A DNA stretch of 64,000 nucleotides from a bacterium (GTDB taxonomy: Bacteria > UBA8248): positions 704,001 to 768,000 of the forward strand of contig OZ241875.1 in assembly GCA_965203325.1 (NCBI GenBank). Reading direction: 5' to 3'. The translations under genes were made by a program, and so were the position numbers. Of the stretch, positions 49,556 to 59,075 are shown piece by piece; within the stretch, counting starts at the first letter, position 1; each line of letters opens with the position of its first letter. A model generated the notes under the pieces. It did not search any database. It saw only the letters and a program-made list of their open reading frames with translations, and was not told the origin of the DNA.

Positions 49556-50245
49556 TCAAGCAGCGGGATAAGGGAGCGGGTCGCACTCCCCGATTTCCTC
49601 GAACCCTTTCCGCCTCAGGATGCAGGCGTCGCACAACCCGCAGGGCCGCCCGTCATCCAGTGGATCGTAACAGGTATGGGTGAGAGAAAAATCCACTCCC
49701 AGTTCCAGACCCTTTCGCGCAATGTCGGACTTTCGCATCGCGCTGAGTGGCGTATGGATATCGAGAGGCGCGCCTCCGACACCCGATTTCGTCGCCAGAC
49801 GCGCCATTTGCGCGTAAGCGTTTATGTATTCCGGGCGGCAGTCGGGGTACCCCGAATAGTCGAGCGCGTTCACCCCGATGAAGATATCGCTCGCGCCTTT
49901 CACCTCGGCCAGGGCGAGCGCATAGCTCAGAAAAATCGTGTTCCGCGCGGGTACATACGTTACCGGTATGCCCTCCCCGATATCATCACGCTCCTTGGGC
50001 ACTTCGATGTCGTCCGTGAGCGCGCTTCCGCCGATGGGACGCATGTCGATGGACAAGACGGTGTGGCCGGACGCGCCGATTTGCTTCGCCACTTTTCGGG
50101 CGGCGTCCAGTTCGCAGCGGTGCCTCTGCCCATAGTCGAAACTGAGCGCCTCACAGGCGAATCCCTTTCCCTTCGCGATGGCCAGTACGACGGCGGAATC
50201 CATGCCGCCGCTCAAAAGGACGACCGCCACACTTTTCCCGTCCAT
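49556..50245 (-). CDS. queC: 7-cyano-7-deazaguanine synthase
   Basis: [39 protein letters not shown]. Confidence 0.96.
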   Translation of the reverse strand: MDGKSVAVVLLSGGMDSAVVLAIAKGKGFACEALSFDYGQRHRCELDAARKVAKQIGASGHTVLSIDMRPIGGSALTDDIEVPKERDDIGEGIPVTYVPARNTIFLSYALALAEVKGASDIFIGVNALDYSGYPDCRPEYINAYAQMARLATKSGVGGAPLDIHTPLSAMRKSDIARKGLELGVDFSLTHTCYDPLDDGRPCGLCDACILRRKGFEEIGECDPLPYPAA

Positions 50246-50365
50246 GCGCGAATTCCCGTCAATGAGCCGAGCGGATGAGCCGTTCTGCGAAAAACCGCAT
50301 AATAGGGTATTCTAGCGGTTCGGCAAAGGCGAAAGGCGTATTTCCCACAGCAGGAGGAGCGGACA

Positions 50366-51166
50366 ATGCCGGTGGCGACGGTGAACGGCGTAAACCTCAC
50401 ATACATCATGAAAGGGAGCGGCGCCCCCCTGGTCGCGATGCACGGATTCGTCAATTCCATATACACCTGGGAGCCGGTGATGGATGCGCTTTCTGCGCGC
50501 TTTCAGGCCTTTGCATACGACCACCGGGGCCACGGGGGGTCGAGCAAGCGCCTGGGCCCATTTGGTATCGAAACCCTGGCCGAGGACCTGCTCGCGCTCT
50601 TGAACTTCTGGGGACTCGACAGGGTCCACCTCATGGGGCACAGCATGGGCGGGCGGACCGCCCTGTTATTCGCTCTCGAACACCCCGAGAGGGTCGACAG
50701 CCTGATGCTCGTCGCCTCATCCGCCGCTGCGCCGGCAGGGGAAATGAAGCAGCGATTCGAGTCTTTGCGAAAGCTGGCGCTCGATGAGGGAATCGAGGCG
50801 GCCCTGGCAAGCGAGGGGATGCGGGCGACGCTGCCCCGGGACTACATCGACGGAGCGAGCGCGGATGAATTCAAGAAGCGCTTTCTCAAGAACACCCCTG
50901 AGGATTACGCCGCGGCGGTGGACGCCATCCTCAATACGCCCGATATGAGGGATCGCCTGGGAGAAATCCACGTCCCCACCTGGGTCTGCGTGGGCGAGGG
51001 AGACGCCGGGGCGATGGCGTATGGGGAGATGTTCGAAGAGCGAATCCCGGATTGCGTGAAAACGATTATCCCCGCCTGCGGGCATTTCCCGATGCAGGAT
51101 GCGCCCGGGGCCTTTTGCGCCGCGTTCGATGACTTCGTCGAGGCGGCGGTTGATTCGGACTCATAA
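50366..51166 (+). CDS. Alpha/beta fold hydrolase
   Basis: HGF, DHRGHGGS, GHSMGG, CGHF. Confidence 0.92.
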   Translation: MPVATVNGVNLTYIMKGSGAPLVAMHGFVNSIYTWEPVMDALSARFQAFAYDHRGHGGSSKRLGPFGIETLAEDLLALLNFWGLDRVHLMGHSMGGRTALLFALEHPERVDSLMLVASSAAAPAGEMKQRFESLRKLALDEGIEAALASEGMRATLPRDYIDGASADEFKKRFLKNTPEDYAAAVDAILNTPDMRDRLGEIHVPTWVCVGEGDAGAMAYGEMFEERIPDCVKTIIPACGHFPMQDAPGAFCAAFDDFVEAAVDSDS

Positions 51167-51177
51167 GGAGAACCTCC

Positions 51178-51579
51178 ATGACGCATGACGAGGCGCTGGC
51201 CTTCCTGAGCGAACAGCACTACGGCGTCCTGAGCACCCTGCTCCAAGACGGCAGATCGCACCCCACGCCCATCGTTTTCGATTACGCAGACGGCGTCGCC
51301 GAGATTTCCATGACGTGGAACCGCGTGAAGGCCAGGAATCTCAAGCGCGATCCGAGGGCGACGCTTTGCGTGATGCCGCAGGAGAGCTTCTATCCCTATC
51401 TCTGCGCGGAGGGCGAGGCCGAACTCGTCGAAGACCCCGACGGCACGAAAAACCTGGACCTCTACCGCCGCATCACCGGAAAGGACCCCGACGACCTCGA
51501 CGAATACCTGCAAGCGATGAAGAACGAGAAGCGCCTCGTGGCGAGGCTGCGCGTCACGCGGATGTATCCGCTTGGGTGA
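51178..51579 (+). CDS. PPOX-class (putatively F420-dependent) oxidoreductase
   Basis: GVLSTL..DGRSH..KARNLKRDPRATL. Confidence 0.85.
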   Translation: MTHDEALAFLSEQHYGVLSTLLQDGRSHPTPIVFDYADGVAEISMTWNRVKARNLKRDPRATLCVMPQESFYPYLCAEGEAELVEDPDGTKNLDLYRRITGKDPDDLDEYLQAMKNEKRLVARLRVTRMYPLG

Positions 51580-51602
51580 GTGAAGCAAACGGAGAGAAGT
51601 GG

Positions 51603-52565
51603 ATGAGACACTCGCGACCAAACACACAGGCTTCATTCCGTGTTATGGCGCGCTCAGCGATGGTTCTCGTTGTTTTATCCACGCTCGCGTTGTCAGGTTG
51701 TCAAGTCCGTGAGGCTCCGAAAAAACTTCGCGTCGAGCAAAATTTCGTACTCAAGAAAGCACCAAGCAAGACGATCCCCACCATCCTCCCTGAAGATCTT
51801 AAGCTGACCAGAAGAAAATTAGTTGTTTCGATCGATGGTGAGAGGCACGAACTCGAAGCTTTAATCTTCACACCTCCCGGTCCAGGGCCGTTTCCGCTCG
51901 CGGTTATCTCACACGGGAACTCGCGCAACCAGAGGCGAGTCAAACTCACCAGGTACTTGGGAATCGCGGAGGATTTTGCGGAGCGTGGCTACAAGGCGGT
52001 CGTCTTTGCGCGACGTGGCGCCGCATCCTCCACGGGCGGCTATGTGGACAACATGTGGGGCTGTCAGCACCTAACAGCCGGGCGAACCTCGGCGGAGGAC
52101 TACACCGCCGTTATCAAGGCGCTCACAAATCGGCCGGATATCGATGGCTCCATCGTGGTCGCCGCCGGACAATCAGGAGGAGGGTTTGCGGTACTGGCGC
52201 TCGCTTCGCGGCCACCCCCCGGACTCGTCGGAGTCGTCAATTTCGCGGGCGGACGCGGTGGGAACCGCTATGACAATTTCTACAATTGCAATGAGTTCGG
52301 CCTCATCGATGCTTTTGCCGAGTTCGGCAGGACGGCCCGTATTCCGGCGCTTTGGCTCTATTCCACGACCGACCATTTCTTCTGGCCCGAGCTGGTCAAG
52401 CAGGGTTTTGACGCCTATGCCGGAGGCGGAGCGCCGGTGCGCCTGGAATGGTTCGGGCCGCTCTTGTACGCAGAGGACGGGCACAGGCTATACAGAGGTG
52501 ACGGGCAATATCTGTGGGGTCCACGCATTGGCGCTTTCCTGAAAGACATTGGCGCGCCGAACTAG
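51603..52565 (+). CDS. Lipoprotein alpha/beta hydrolase (dienelactone hydrolase-like)
   Basis: LSGC lipobox, GPFPLAVISHG, GQSGGG, NFAGGRG, DGH; start approximate. Confidence 0.8.
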   Translation: MRHSRPNTQASFRVMARSAMVLVVLSTLALSGCQVREAPKKLRVEQNFVLKKAPSKTIPTILPEDLKLTRRKLVVSIDGERHELEALIFTPPGPGPFPLAVISHGNSRNQRRVKLTRYLGIAEDFAERGYKAVVFARRGAASSTGGYVDNMWGCQHLTAGRTSAEDYTAVIKALTNRPDIDGSIVVAAGQSGGGFAVLALASRPPPGLVGVVNFAGGRGGNRYDNFYNCNEFGLIDAFAEFGRTARIPALWLYSTTDHFFWPELVKQGFDAYAGGGAPVRLEWFGPLLYAEDGHRLYRGDGQYLWGPRIGAFLKDIGAPN

Positions 52566-52672
52566 AAGTCCGGTACTGGAGGTTAAACGTCACGCGGATT
52601 TATCCGGTTGGATGAGATGAACCTTGCTCGTGCTATAATTCGGCTCGAACCCATCACACAAGGAGAACTTTC

Positions 52673-52987
52673 ATGGCCGTTACCGCAGTTGTCCGCTTCC
52701 CGTTTCCCGAAGTTAAAACCGAGGAGGAGTTGATCGCGTCTTTCGAGAGTTCCTCGGCTCTCTACCGCGACGTGCCCGGCCTCTTGCGCAAATACTATCT
52801 GATGTCCGAAGACCGGAGGTCCGGGGGCGGGGTCTATATCTTCGAATCCCGCGCCGACGCCGAGCGGGTCCACGACGAGGTGTGGCGCGCCAGGCTGCGC
52901 GAGCGCATGGGGGTCGAGCCCGACGTCCAATACTTCGACTCGCCCGTCATCGTCGACAACGAAGCCAGGGCCGCTTCCACGGCATAA
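52673..52987 (+). CDS. YdhR-like putative monooxygenase
   Basis: YRDVPGLLRKYY..GGVYIFESR. Confidence 0.8.
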   Translation: MAVTAVVRFPFPEVKTEEELIASFESSSALYRDVPGLLRKYYLMSEDRRSGGGVYIFESRADAERVHDEVWRARLRERMGVEPDVQYFDSPVIVDNEARAASTA

Positions 52988-52998
52988 GGAGATTGTAC

Positions 52999-53316
52999 AT
53001 GGCCGTCACCGCAATCGTTCGCTTCACGCTTCCCGAGGGAAAGACCCACGAGGATATGGCCGCGGCCTTCGAGCACTCGGCCCCTCTCTACCGCGACGTG
53101 CCGGGTCTGGTGCGCAAATACTATCTGGTGTCGGACGACGTGCGCACCGGAGGCGGGGTCTATCTGTTCGAGTCGCGCGAAGACGCCGAGCGGCTCTATG
53201 ACGACGCCTGGCGCGCCGGTATTCGCGAGCGCCTCGGCGTAGAGCCTGAGATCGAATACTTCACCTCGCCCGTCATTGTCGATAACGAAGCAGGGGCCAT
53301 CTCCACGGCGTCCTGA
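52999..53316 (+). CDS. YdhR-like putative monooxygenase (tandem paralogue)
   Basis: AAGGAG RBS; YRDVPGLVRKYY..GGVYLFESR; same length class as the upstream gene. Confidence 0.8.
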   Translation: MAVTAIVRFTLPEGKTHEDMAAAFEHSAPLYRDVPGLVRKYYLVSDDVRTGGGVYLFESREDAERLYDDAWRAGIRERLGVEPEIEYFTSPVIVDNEAGAISTAS

Positions 53317-53423
53317 CCGCCCGGCGATTCGCGCTCCCCTTCGAAGGCGTCAGCCAAGCGAGTGGGAGCATCCGTCCTTCGCGTTCCGCCTGACGGAATG
53401 ACCGTACAAAGCCGGGAGGCTGT

Positions 53424-54050
53424 ATGCTCGGGGCCAATGCGCTGACCCTCTTCCTCGTCTTCCTGGTGTTCGCCGTGGGCGGGAGAATCGCGCTTCACTA
53501 CCTGGCCACCGGAGATCTCGGCATCCGCACGGTGAAGCGAACCGCTCCGAGAATCGCCACCTACACGAGCATCCTTATGCTCGCGTCATTCGCAGCTACG
53601 TTCCTTCTCTCCTTGCTCGACGCCACCGGGGAGATTCATCCGCAAATCGATCCCGGCGAGGCGGGGAGATCACTCGGCGCGGCCACCTCGCTTGCCGGAA
53701 TCACGATCATGGTCATTGCGCAATACCAGATGGGAACCGCGTGGAGGTTCGGTGTCGACCAGGCCGAGAAAACCGATTTGGTGACGGGTGGCCTCTACGC
53801 CCTCGTCAGGAACCCGATCTACAGCGGCGTGTTCCTGTTCTGCATCGGCATGCTGGTGTTGTTCCCGCACATATACATGCTGATTTACCTCGCCACGGCC
53901 TGGATGGGCATCGAGTTGCAGGTGCGTCACGTCGAGGAGCCGCATCTTCGGAACCTGCACGGCGCAGTTTATCAGGAATACGTCAACCAGACCGGCCGAT
54001 ATCTCCCGAGTCTCACTCACAAATCCGGGCGATCGGGGCCTGTTGAATAA
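53424..54050 (+). CDS. Isoprenylcysteine carboxyl methyltransferase-family membrane protein
   Basis: LVTGGLYALVRNPIYSG..EEPHL..Y.EY..TGRYLP. Confidence 0.88.
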   Translation: MLGANALTLFLVFLVFAVGGRIALHYLATGDLGIRTVKRTAPRIATYTSILMLASFAATFLLSLLDATGEIHPQIDPGEAGRSLGAATSLAGITIMVIAQYQMGTAWRFGVDQAEKTDLVTGGLYALVRNPIYSGVFLFCIGMLVLFPHIYMLIYLATAWMGIELQVRHVEEPHLRNLHGAVYQEYVNQTGRYLPSLTHKSGRSGPVE

Positions 54051-54146
54051 CCCGAAATCCGGCCCTTGGGGAGGGTGTGGTTTTGTTCGCCATTCCGGCG
54101 GTGGTCTCCCTCAAGCAAGCGGAGAGGAAAATCCCTCCCCTCTTGA

Positions 54147-54496
54147 GGGGCTGTTGAAAAAGCCTGAGAGAGGAAATTTGTTTGTGTGTAGGGGTCGCAT
54201 ACATGCGACCCTGATTTTTCGCCGCCCTGCGACGGGCCGCATGTATGCGGCCCCCACAAAACCATGATTCCCTCCGCCCCCCCTCCTCAAAGGGGTTTTT
54301 CAATAGGCCCTTGTCGGAGGGGGGTATAAAAAGGCGATACGCCCCCGCCGGGTTGAGGGACTTTGCTTTTTCTTGCCCCCCTGACAAGGGGGGGGTAGGG
54401 GGGGGTTGCTTTCAAAGAGGGAGGTCGGGGGTTCGCGCGAAATCGGCCTTCCCTCTAAAGGCAATGTCCCCCGACGGGGACTTTTTCAACAGCCTC
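54147..54496. repeat. REP/MITE-like repeat, copy 3 (composite)
   Basis: GGGGCTGTTGAAAAAG..CTTTTTCAACAGCCTC termini; GTAG-type hairpin pair at 54188-54257; shares the TATAAAAAGGCGAT..CCCCTGACAAGGGGGGGTAG core. Confidence 0.85.
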
Positions 54497-54509
54497 GATA
54501 AATACCGAT

Positions 54510-55325
54510 TCAGCCTACGAGCGCCTCCAAGCGCGCGCAGATTTCGGGGGAAAGCGCGCCGCCGCCAGAGGCCGCCGCGTTCTCGCTCATGCGGCCCGCC
54601 CTGCCGGTGGCGGGAATGACGCTGGAGACCCTCTCGTCGGCGAGAAGGTATTTCAGGAGCGCCTGCCCCGGCGTCCCGTCATGATGCGCTTTCAGTTCCG
54701 ACATCCGGGCGATGGAGCCTTCCGGCCCGAGCAGACCGCTCTTCAAGTGACTGAAAGGCCGCATGACGATTACGCCCAGGGCCATCTCCTGCGCCAGGGG
54801 CAGAACCTCCTCCCGGCACTGCACCTCGCCCAGATAATAGGGAATCTGGATCGCGTCGTACGCGCCCGTCCTCATGGCTTCGATGAGTTCGGGAAAATTC
54901 TCCGGCCGCCTGTCCGTGATTCCCAGATGGCGGATTCTGCCCTCTTTCTGAAACGCCTGAATCACGGGCGTCACTTCGCGCCAGCCCGCCATGTTGTGAA
55001 TCTGCAGGAGGTCTATCACGTCCGTACGCAGCCGTCTGAAGGAGCGTTCGATGCTAGCTCGCGCGGCGGAAGCGCTCGACTCCCACACCTTGGTCGCCAG
55101 GACGATCTTCTCCCGGCTCCCGGCCAGCGCCTCTCCCAGCACCCGCTCGGATTCCCCGTAAATAGGCGCGGTATCGAAGAAATTGATCCCGCAATCCAGG
55201 CATTCCCGGACGATCTCGGCGCACCGGGCGGGTTCGCTGCTCGCCATGTGCATGAAATTATGCGAAGTGCCGAGGCCGATCTCGCTTACTTCAAGCCCCG
55301 TCCTGCCCAGAATACGGTAGTTCAT
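54510..55325 (-). CDS. Aldo/keto reductase
   Basis: LGRTGLEVSEIGLG, FDTAPIYG, ATK, LRTDVIDLLQIH. Confidence 0.92.
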   Translation of the reverse strand: MNYRILGRTGLEVSEIGLGTSHNFMHMASSEPARCAEIVRECLDCGINFFDTAPIYGESERVLGEALAGSREKIVLATKVWESSASAARASIERSFRRLRTDVIDLLQIHNMAGWREVTPVIQAFQKEGRIRHLGITDRRPENFPELIEAMRTGAYDAIQIPYYLGEVQCREEVLPLAQEMALGVIVMRPFSHLKSGLLGPEGSIARMSELKAHHDGTPGQALLKYLLADERVSSVIPATGRAGRMSENAAASGGGALSPEICARLEALVG

Positions 55326-55400
55326 GTCTCTCCTCATCGATGTATTTTCAAGCCATCTACCTATGGCAACGCATACGACAGATGCCTCGAAACGAATGTT

Positions 55401-56687
55401 TCATTTCCGCGTTGCTCCCCACAAGCAACTCACCGGCAATGCATATCGACGTTCGCCGAAACCCAGCTTCTCTTCACCGAAATAGAAAACGATCGAGGTC
55501 ACTTTCCGGGTCTTTCCCGGACCTTCGCTGGCAAACCATTCCAAATGCCTGAAATCTTGACGGCTCACCGAGGAGGACGCTTTTACCTCAATGGCCGCCA
55601 CATCGTTTGCGCTCTCCGCAAGAATATCGATCTCCCGCCCCCGTTGGTCGCGCCAGTGATAGAAACGAAAACCGTTATTCTGGTAAGGCGCGGAACGCAA
55701 GAGTTCAGAAACAACAAAGCTCTCGAGCAATCCACCAAGTGCCTTGGGGTCGGCATCGGGATCGAATGATCGCGGCGTCAAGTTTCGTAGCGCCGCTGCT
55801 ATCCCTGTATCGGCGAAATGATGCTTTGCGTTCTTAATCTCGCGGCGGGCTTCTCCAGATGTCCAAGCACCCAGTTTGATGACCAGCGAAAGCCGTATCA
55901 GCACGTCAAGGTACTGTTCGATGGTATTCCGTTGCACACCGATAAGTTTGCAAAGCAACGAGATGTTGAGTTCGGAACCTGTACGAATGGCCAATTGATC
56001 AAGCAAACGCCGCAGGGCGTCACTTTTTCGGATACGGACGATATCGGAAACATCGCGATCCACCACCGTATCAACGTAATCGCGATAGACCTTCTGCCGC
56101 CTCCTGTTATCGAGATCCCGGATCCCGGGAAACCCTCCTCTCAGGGCGAGATCGATATAGTCCGCCCTCGCTGCAGTTTCCGGCGCCGGCAGATCGTTCA
56201 AGTTCGGCGATTTGGAGATCGCCCAATCAAGTATCTTCGACGGGCCACGCGACATCGTTTCGGCCACGGTCATCGGCCACAACTTCAGCGTCAACATGCG
56301 GCCGGCAAGCGAGTCGGCCACATGCAGCGTTGTGAAAATGTTAGAGGAGCCCGTGAGAACAAACTGCCCCTTTTGATTCCCGAGATCGACAATCCTCTTG
56401 ATCGCCAGCGACAGCTTCCCGGAGCGTTGAGCTTCGTCGATTACCAGCGGCCCATCTTTCAGTTCACCGACGAGCCGCTGCAACTGCCCCCATGGGTCGT
56501 CTTCGATTGCTTCCAACAACGCATCATCGTCGAGCGTGATGAATCTTCCATTCTGGAGAATGTCCCGAACGAACGTCGTTTTGCCCACCTGACGAGCCCC
56601 CACGATGTTGATCACACGTGAATAGCTCAGCGCGTCCAGCAATTCGGCGCTCAGGTGGCGTGGCAGGATCATTCTGTCCTCATTCAT
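55401..56687 (-). CDS. AAA+ ATPase with DUF4143 / PD-(D/E)xK C-terminus
   Basis: GARQVGKTT, IDEAQ, LTGSS, DSLAGR, GGFP, DTG, EIDI..AIEVK. Confidence 0.9.
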   Translation of the reverse strand: MNEDRMILPRHLSAELLDALSYSRVINIVGARQVGKTTFVRDILQNGRFITLDDDALLEAIEDDPWGQLQRLVGELKDGPLVIDEAQRSGKLSLAIKRIVDLGNQKGQFVLTGSSNIFTTLHVADSLAGRMLTLKLWPMTVAETMSRGPSKILDWAISKSPNLNDLPAPETAARADYIDLALRGGFPGIRDLDNRRRQKVYRDYVDTVVDRDVSDIVRIRKSDALRRLLDQLAIRTGSELNISLLCKLIGVQRNTIEQYLDVLIRLSLVIKLGAWTSGEARREIKNAKHHFADTGIAAALRNLTPRSFDPDADPKALGGLLESFVVSELLRSAPYQNNGFRFYHWRDQRGREIDILAESANDVAAIEVKASSSVSRQDFRHLEWFASEGPGKTRKVTSIVFYFGEEKLGFGERRYALPVSCLWGATRK

Positions 56688-56706
56688 TTAACGCATCTAC
56701 GAAACT

Positions 56707-56821
56707 GGTGAAATTGTCAATACAAATATGGTGAAATTTATATTACACATATGGTGAGATTGTCAATATAAATGTGGTGAAAGTGATATTATAAACACGG
56801 TGAAAGTGTTAATAGACTGCC
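56707..56821. repeat. Five degenerate 23-bp tandem repeats
   Basis: GGTGA(A/G)A units start at 56707, 56730, 56753, 56776 and 56799; AT-rich; just upstream of the AAA gene. Confidence 0.85.
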
Positions 56822-56948
56822 GGTCAATTTAGCAATTCGGCACACCGTCATGGATGTGCCGCGCCTATTCCCTATTCATCCGAGTGGACCAACCCTCTTG
56901 GGATAGCGCTAGAACTTACTTCGGACGAGGATTCAGGCGAGCTCCCCC

Positions 56949-57632
56949 TCACCCCGCCGCTCTCGATAAAATCTCGCGGTAACCCGCGTAGACCGCCTCC
57001 CCGTAGGCGGGCGGGGCGTGCACTTCGGTGAGCTTGCCGTCCTCAATCGTCTTATCCGAAGCGTAGGGATTGAATACGGCCTCCCCGCTCGGGAAGATGA
57101 GGGTGGGGCTCGTCATCGGCATGCTCTCTTCGTCCCTCAGGCGCATGGCCTCTCTGTAGTCGTCCATCACGCCCGCTTCGTATGCGCCCGCCTCCAGGTC
57201 CGCGCCCACTTTCGAGGCGTCGAGACCCGTTTCTTCCGCCATCTCGCACAAAACCGCGTCCTCATCCACGCGGCGTCCATCATAGAAAAAGCCGCGCCTG
57301 ATCCTGAGGTCGTAGACGCGCGCTTTTTCCGGGTCCTGCGCGTATGCGCTCGCGTAGGCCTGATAGGCGCGCAGCGTGGTTCTCAGGTATTCCTCGTGCG
57401 GCCAGCTTCTGCACGGCGAGAGCGGCTCCTGAACGGCGATGAGGGGCCATTCCTGGTCCACGATGTGGCGCGGCGCAGGGCGGTCGTTGATGATTTCCAG
57501 CGGGAACGCGCGCCACTTGAGATGCAGCCTGCCTTCGAACTCGGACATCACCTTGTCCAGCCGCGCCGCGGCCATATACGCCCAGGGTCAGTGGTATTCG
57601 TGAAAAATCTCGACAACCGCCGCATCCGCCAT
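56949..57632 (-). CDS. DsbA/FrnE-like thioredoxin-fold selenoprotein (Sec at codon 15)
   Basis: MADAAVVEIFHEYH-TGA-PWAY; the in-frame TGA (57588-57590) sits at the first Cys position of the CPWC motif. GC-rich hairpin downstream; cis-Pro TSPT. Confidence 0.8.
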
Positions 57633-57814
57633 CTCATACCCTCACAGATAAGAGAAAATATCTCAAGATGAAATCAGGGAGAGGCGCGTCCTCTCCCCTC
57701 CCCGATGATTTACACCCTCGTCTTCATAAAGGGCAAGCCGCTGTTTCCCCGCGAGCGCTTCATGCGCTCGATAAAAGCTGTGGTATCATGCCGAAAATCA
57801 AGGAGCCGCACGGA

Positions 57815-58231
57815 ATGAACCCTGAGGATCAGACAATTGCTTCATTGCTCGCCGAAGCCGAGACTATCGCCGTGGTCGGCCTCTCGGAGGATCCCTCGCG
57901 CACGAGCCACCGGATCGCCACGTATATGCAGGAGGCGGGTTACCGGGTCATTCCGATAAACCCCAGAATCGAATCCGCCCTCGGGGAGAAGGCATATTCA
58001 AGCCTGAATGAAGTCATCGAGCGCGTCGACATCGTAAACGTCTTCCGGCGTTCTGAGGAGATACCCGCCCTGGTGGATGAGGCGATAGAGAAGCGTCCGC
58101 GCGCGTTCTGGATGCAAAAAGGCATCTCGAATCCGGCCTCTGCGCGCCGCCTGGAGGCTGCGGGCATCACGGCGATCCAGGACCTCTGCATCAAGACCGC
58201 CCACCGGGAACTCGCCCAAACCCCTCGATGA
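57815..58231 (+). CDS. CoA-binding protein (YccU-like)
   Basis: IAVVGLS..RVIPINP..VDIVNVFR..WMQKG..DLCI. Confidence 0.9.
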   Translation: MNPEDQTIASLLAEAETIAVVGLSEDPSRTSHRIATYMQEAGYRVIPINPRIESALGEKAYSSLNEVIERVDIVNVFRRSEEIPALVDEAIEKRPRAFWMQKGISNPASARRLEAAGITAIQDLCIKTAHRELAQTPR

Positions 58232-58292
58232 GAATGGTACGCTGCGAATCTCGCAAAAAGTTCATCGCTATCTGCTCCTCGGCGCAGGCGCT

Positions 58293-59075
58293 TTGTTGGT
58301 CGTGGGAATGTTCGGGCTTTTAGAGAATTTCCTGCTCTATCATCCCTACCGGGAAATCGAGGTGACGCCCGGAAACTACGGCGTCGTTTACGAGAACGTC
58401 TCCTTCAGCGCAGAGGACGACGTGCGCCTGCACGGCTGGTACGTCGCGCCGAAAGACCCGGGCGGCCCGGTCCTCCTGTGGGCGCACGGCAACGCGGGCA
58501 ACCTCTCCCACCGCGCGGAGAACATCGCGCTCATCCAAAAAGAACTCGGTGCCGGCGTCTTCATCTTCGACTACCGGGGTTACGGGAAAAGCGAGGGCAA
58601 ACCGGGCGAGGAGGGCCTCTACGCCGACGGCAGGGCCGCGTACGCCTGGCTCGCCGAGCGCGTGCCGCCCGAGCGCATCTTCCTGTTCGGGCGCTCCCTG
58701 GGCGGGGCCGTGGTGGTGAAGCTCGCCGTGGAAGGAAAGAAAGCGCGCGGCCTGATTCTGGAGAGCCCCTTCGAGAACACCCTCGCCATGGGAAAGAAGA
58801 TGTTCCCCTTCCTGCCGGTGGGCTGGATCATCTCCTCCAAATTCGACAGCGCGGCCATGATCCCCGAAGTGAAGACCCCCCTGTTCGTCCTGCACGGGGA
58901 TAAGGACGGAATCGTCCCCTTCGCGCAGGGGAGGCGGCTCTACGAGGCGGCGGGTTCGCCGCACAAGCGGTTTTTCACCATCAAGGGAGCGGGCCACAAC
59001 GACACGTATTACACGGGGGGTGCGCCCTACTGGGCGGCGTGGCGGGATTTTCTAACCAACCCCGAGTCAAGGTGA
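58293..59075 (+). CDS. Alpha/beta hydrolase (YfhR/ABHD-like); start may lie slightly upstream
   Basis: HGNAGN, DYRGYGKS, GRSLGG, HGDKD, GHND. Confidence 0.9.
   Translation: MLVVGMFGLLENFLLYHPYREIEVTPGNYGVVYENVSFSAEDDVRLHGWYVAPKDPGGPVLLWAHGNAGNLSHRAENIALIQKELGAGVFIFDYRGYGKSEGKPGEEGLYADGRAAYAWLAERVPPERIFLFGRSLGGAVVVKLAVEGKKARGLILESPFENTLAMGKKMFPFLPVGWIISSKFDSAAMIPEVKTPLFVLHGDKDGIVPFAQGRRLYEAAGSPHKRFFTIKGAGHNDTYYTGGAPYWAAWRDFLTNPESR

Noticed and set aside
49556..50245. queC as part of a defence system (Qat, type IV CBASS, Dpd)
   Set aside because: Canonical length and motifs, housekeeping neighbourhood, no partner genes.
56707..56821. CRISPR array
   Set aside because: Repeats are contiguous and degenerate with no unique spacers; no cas genes.
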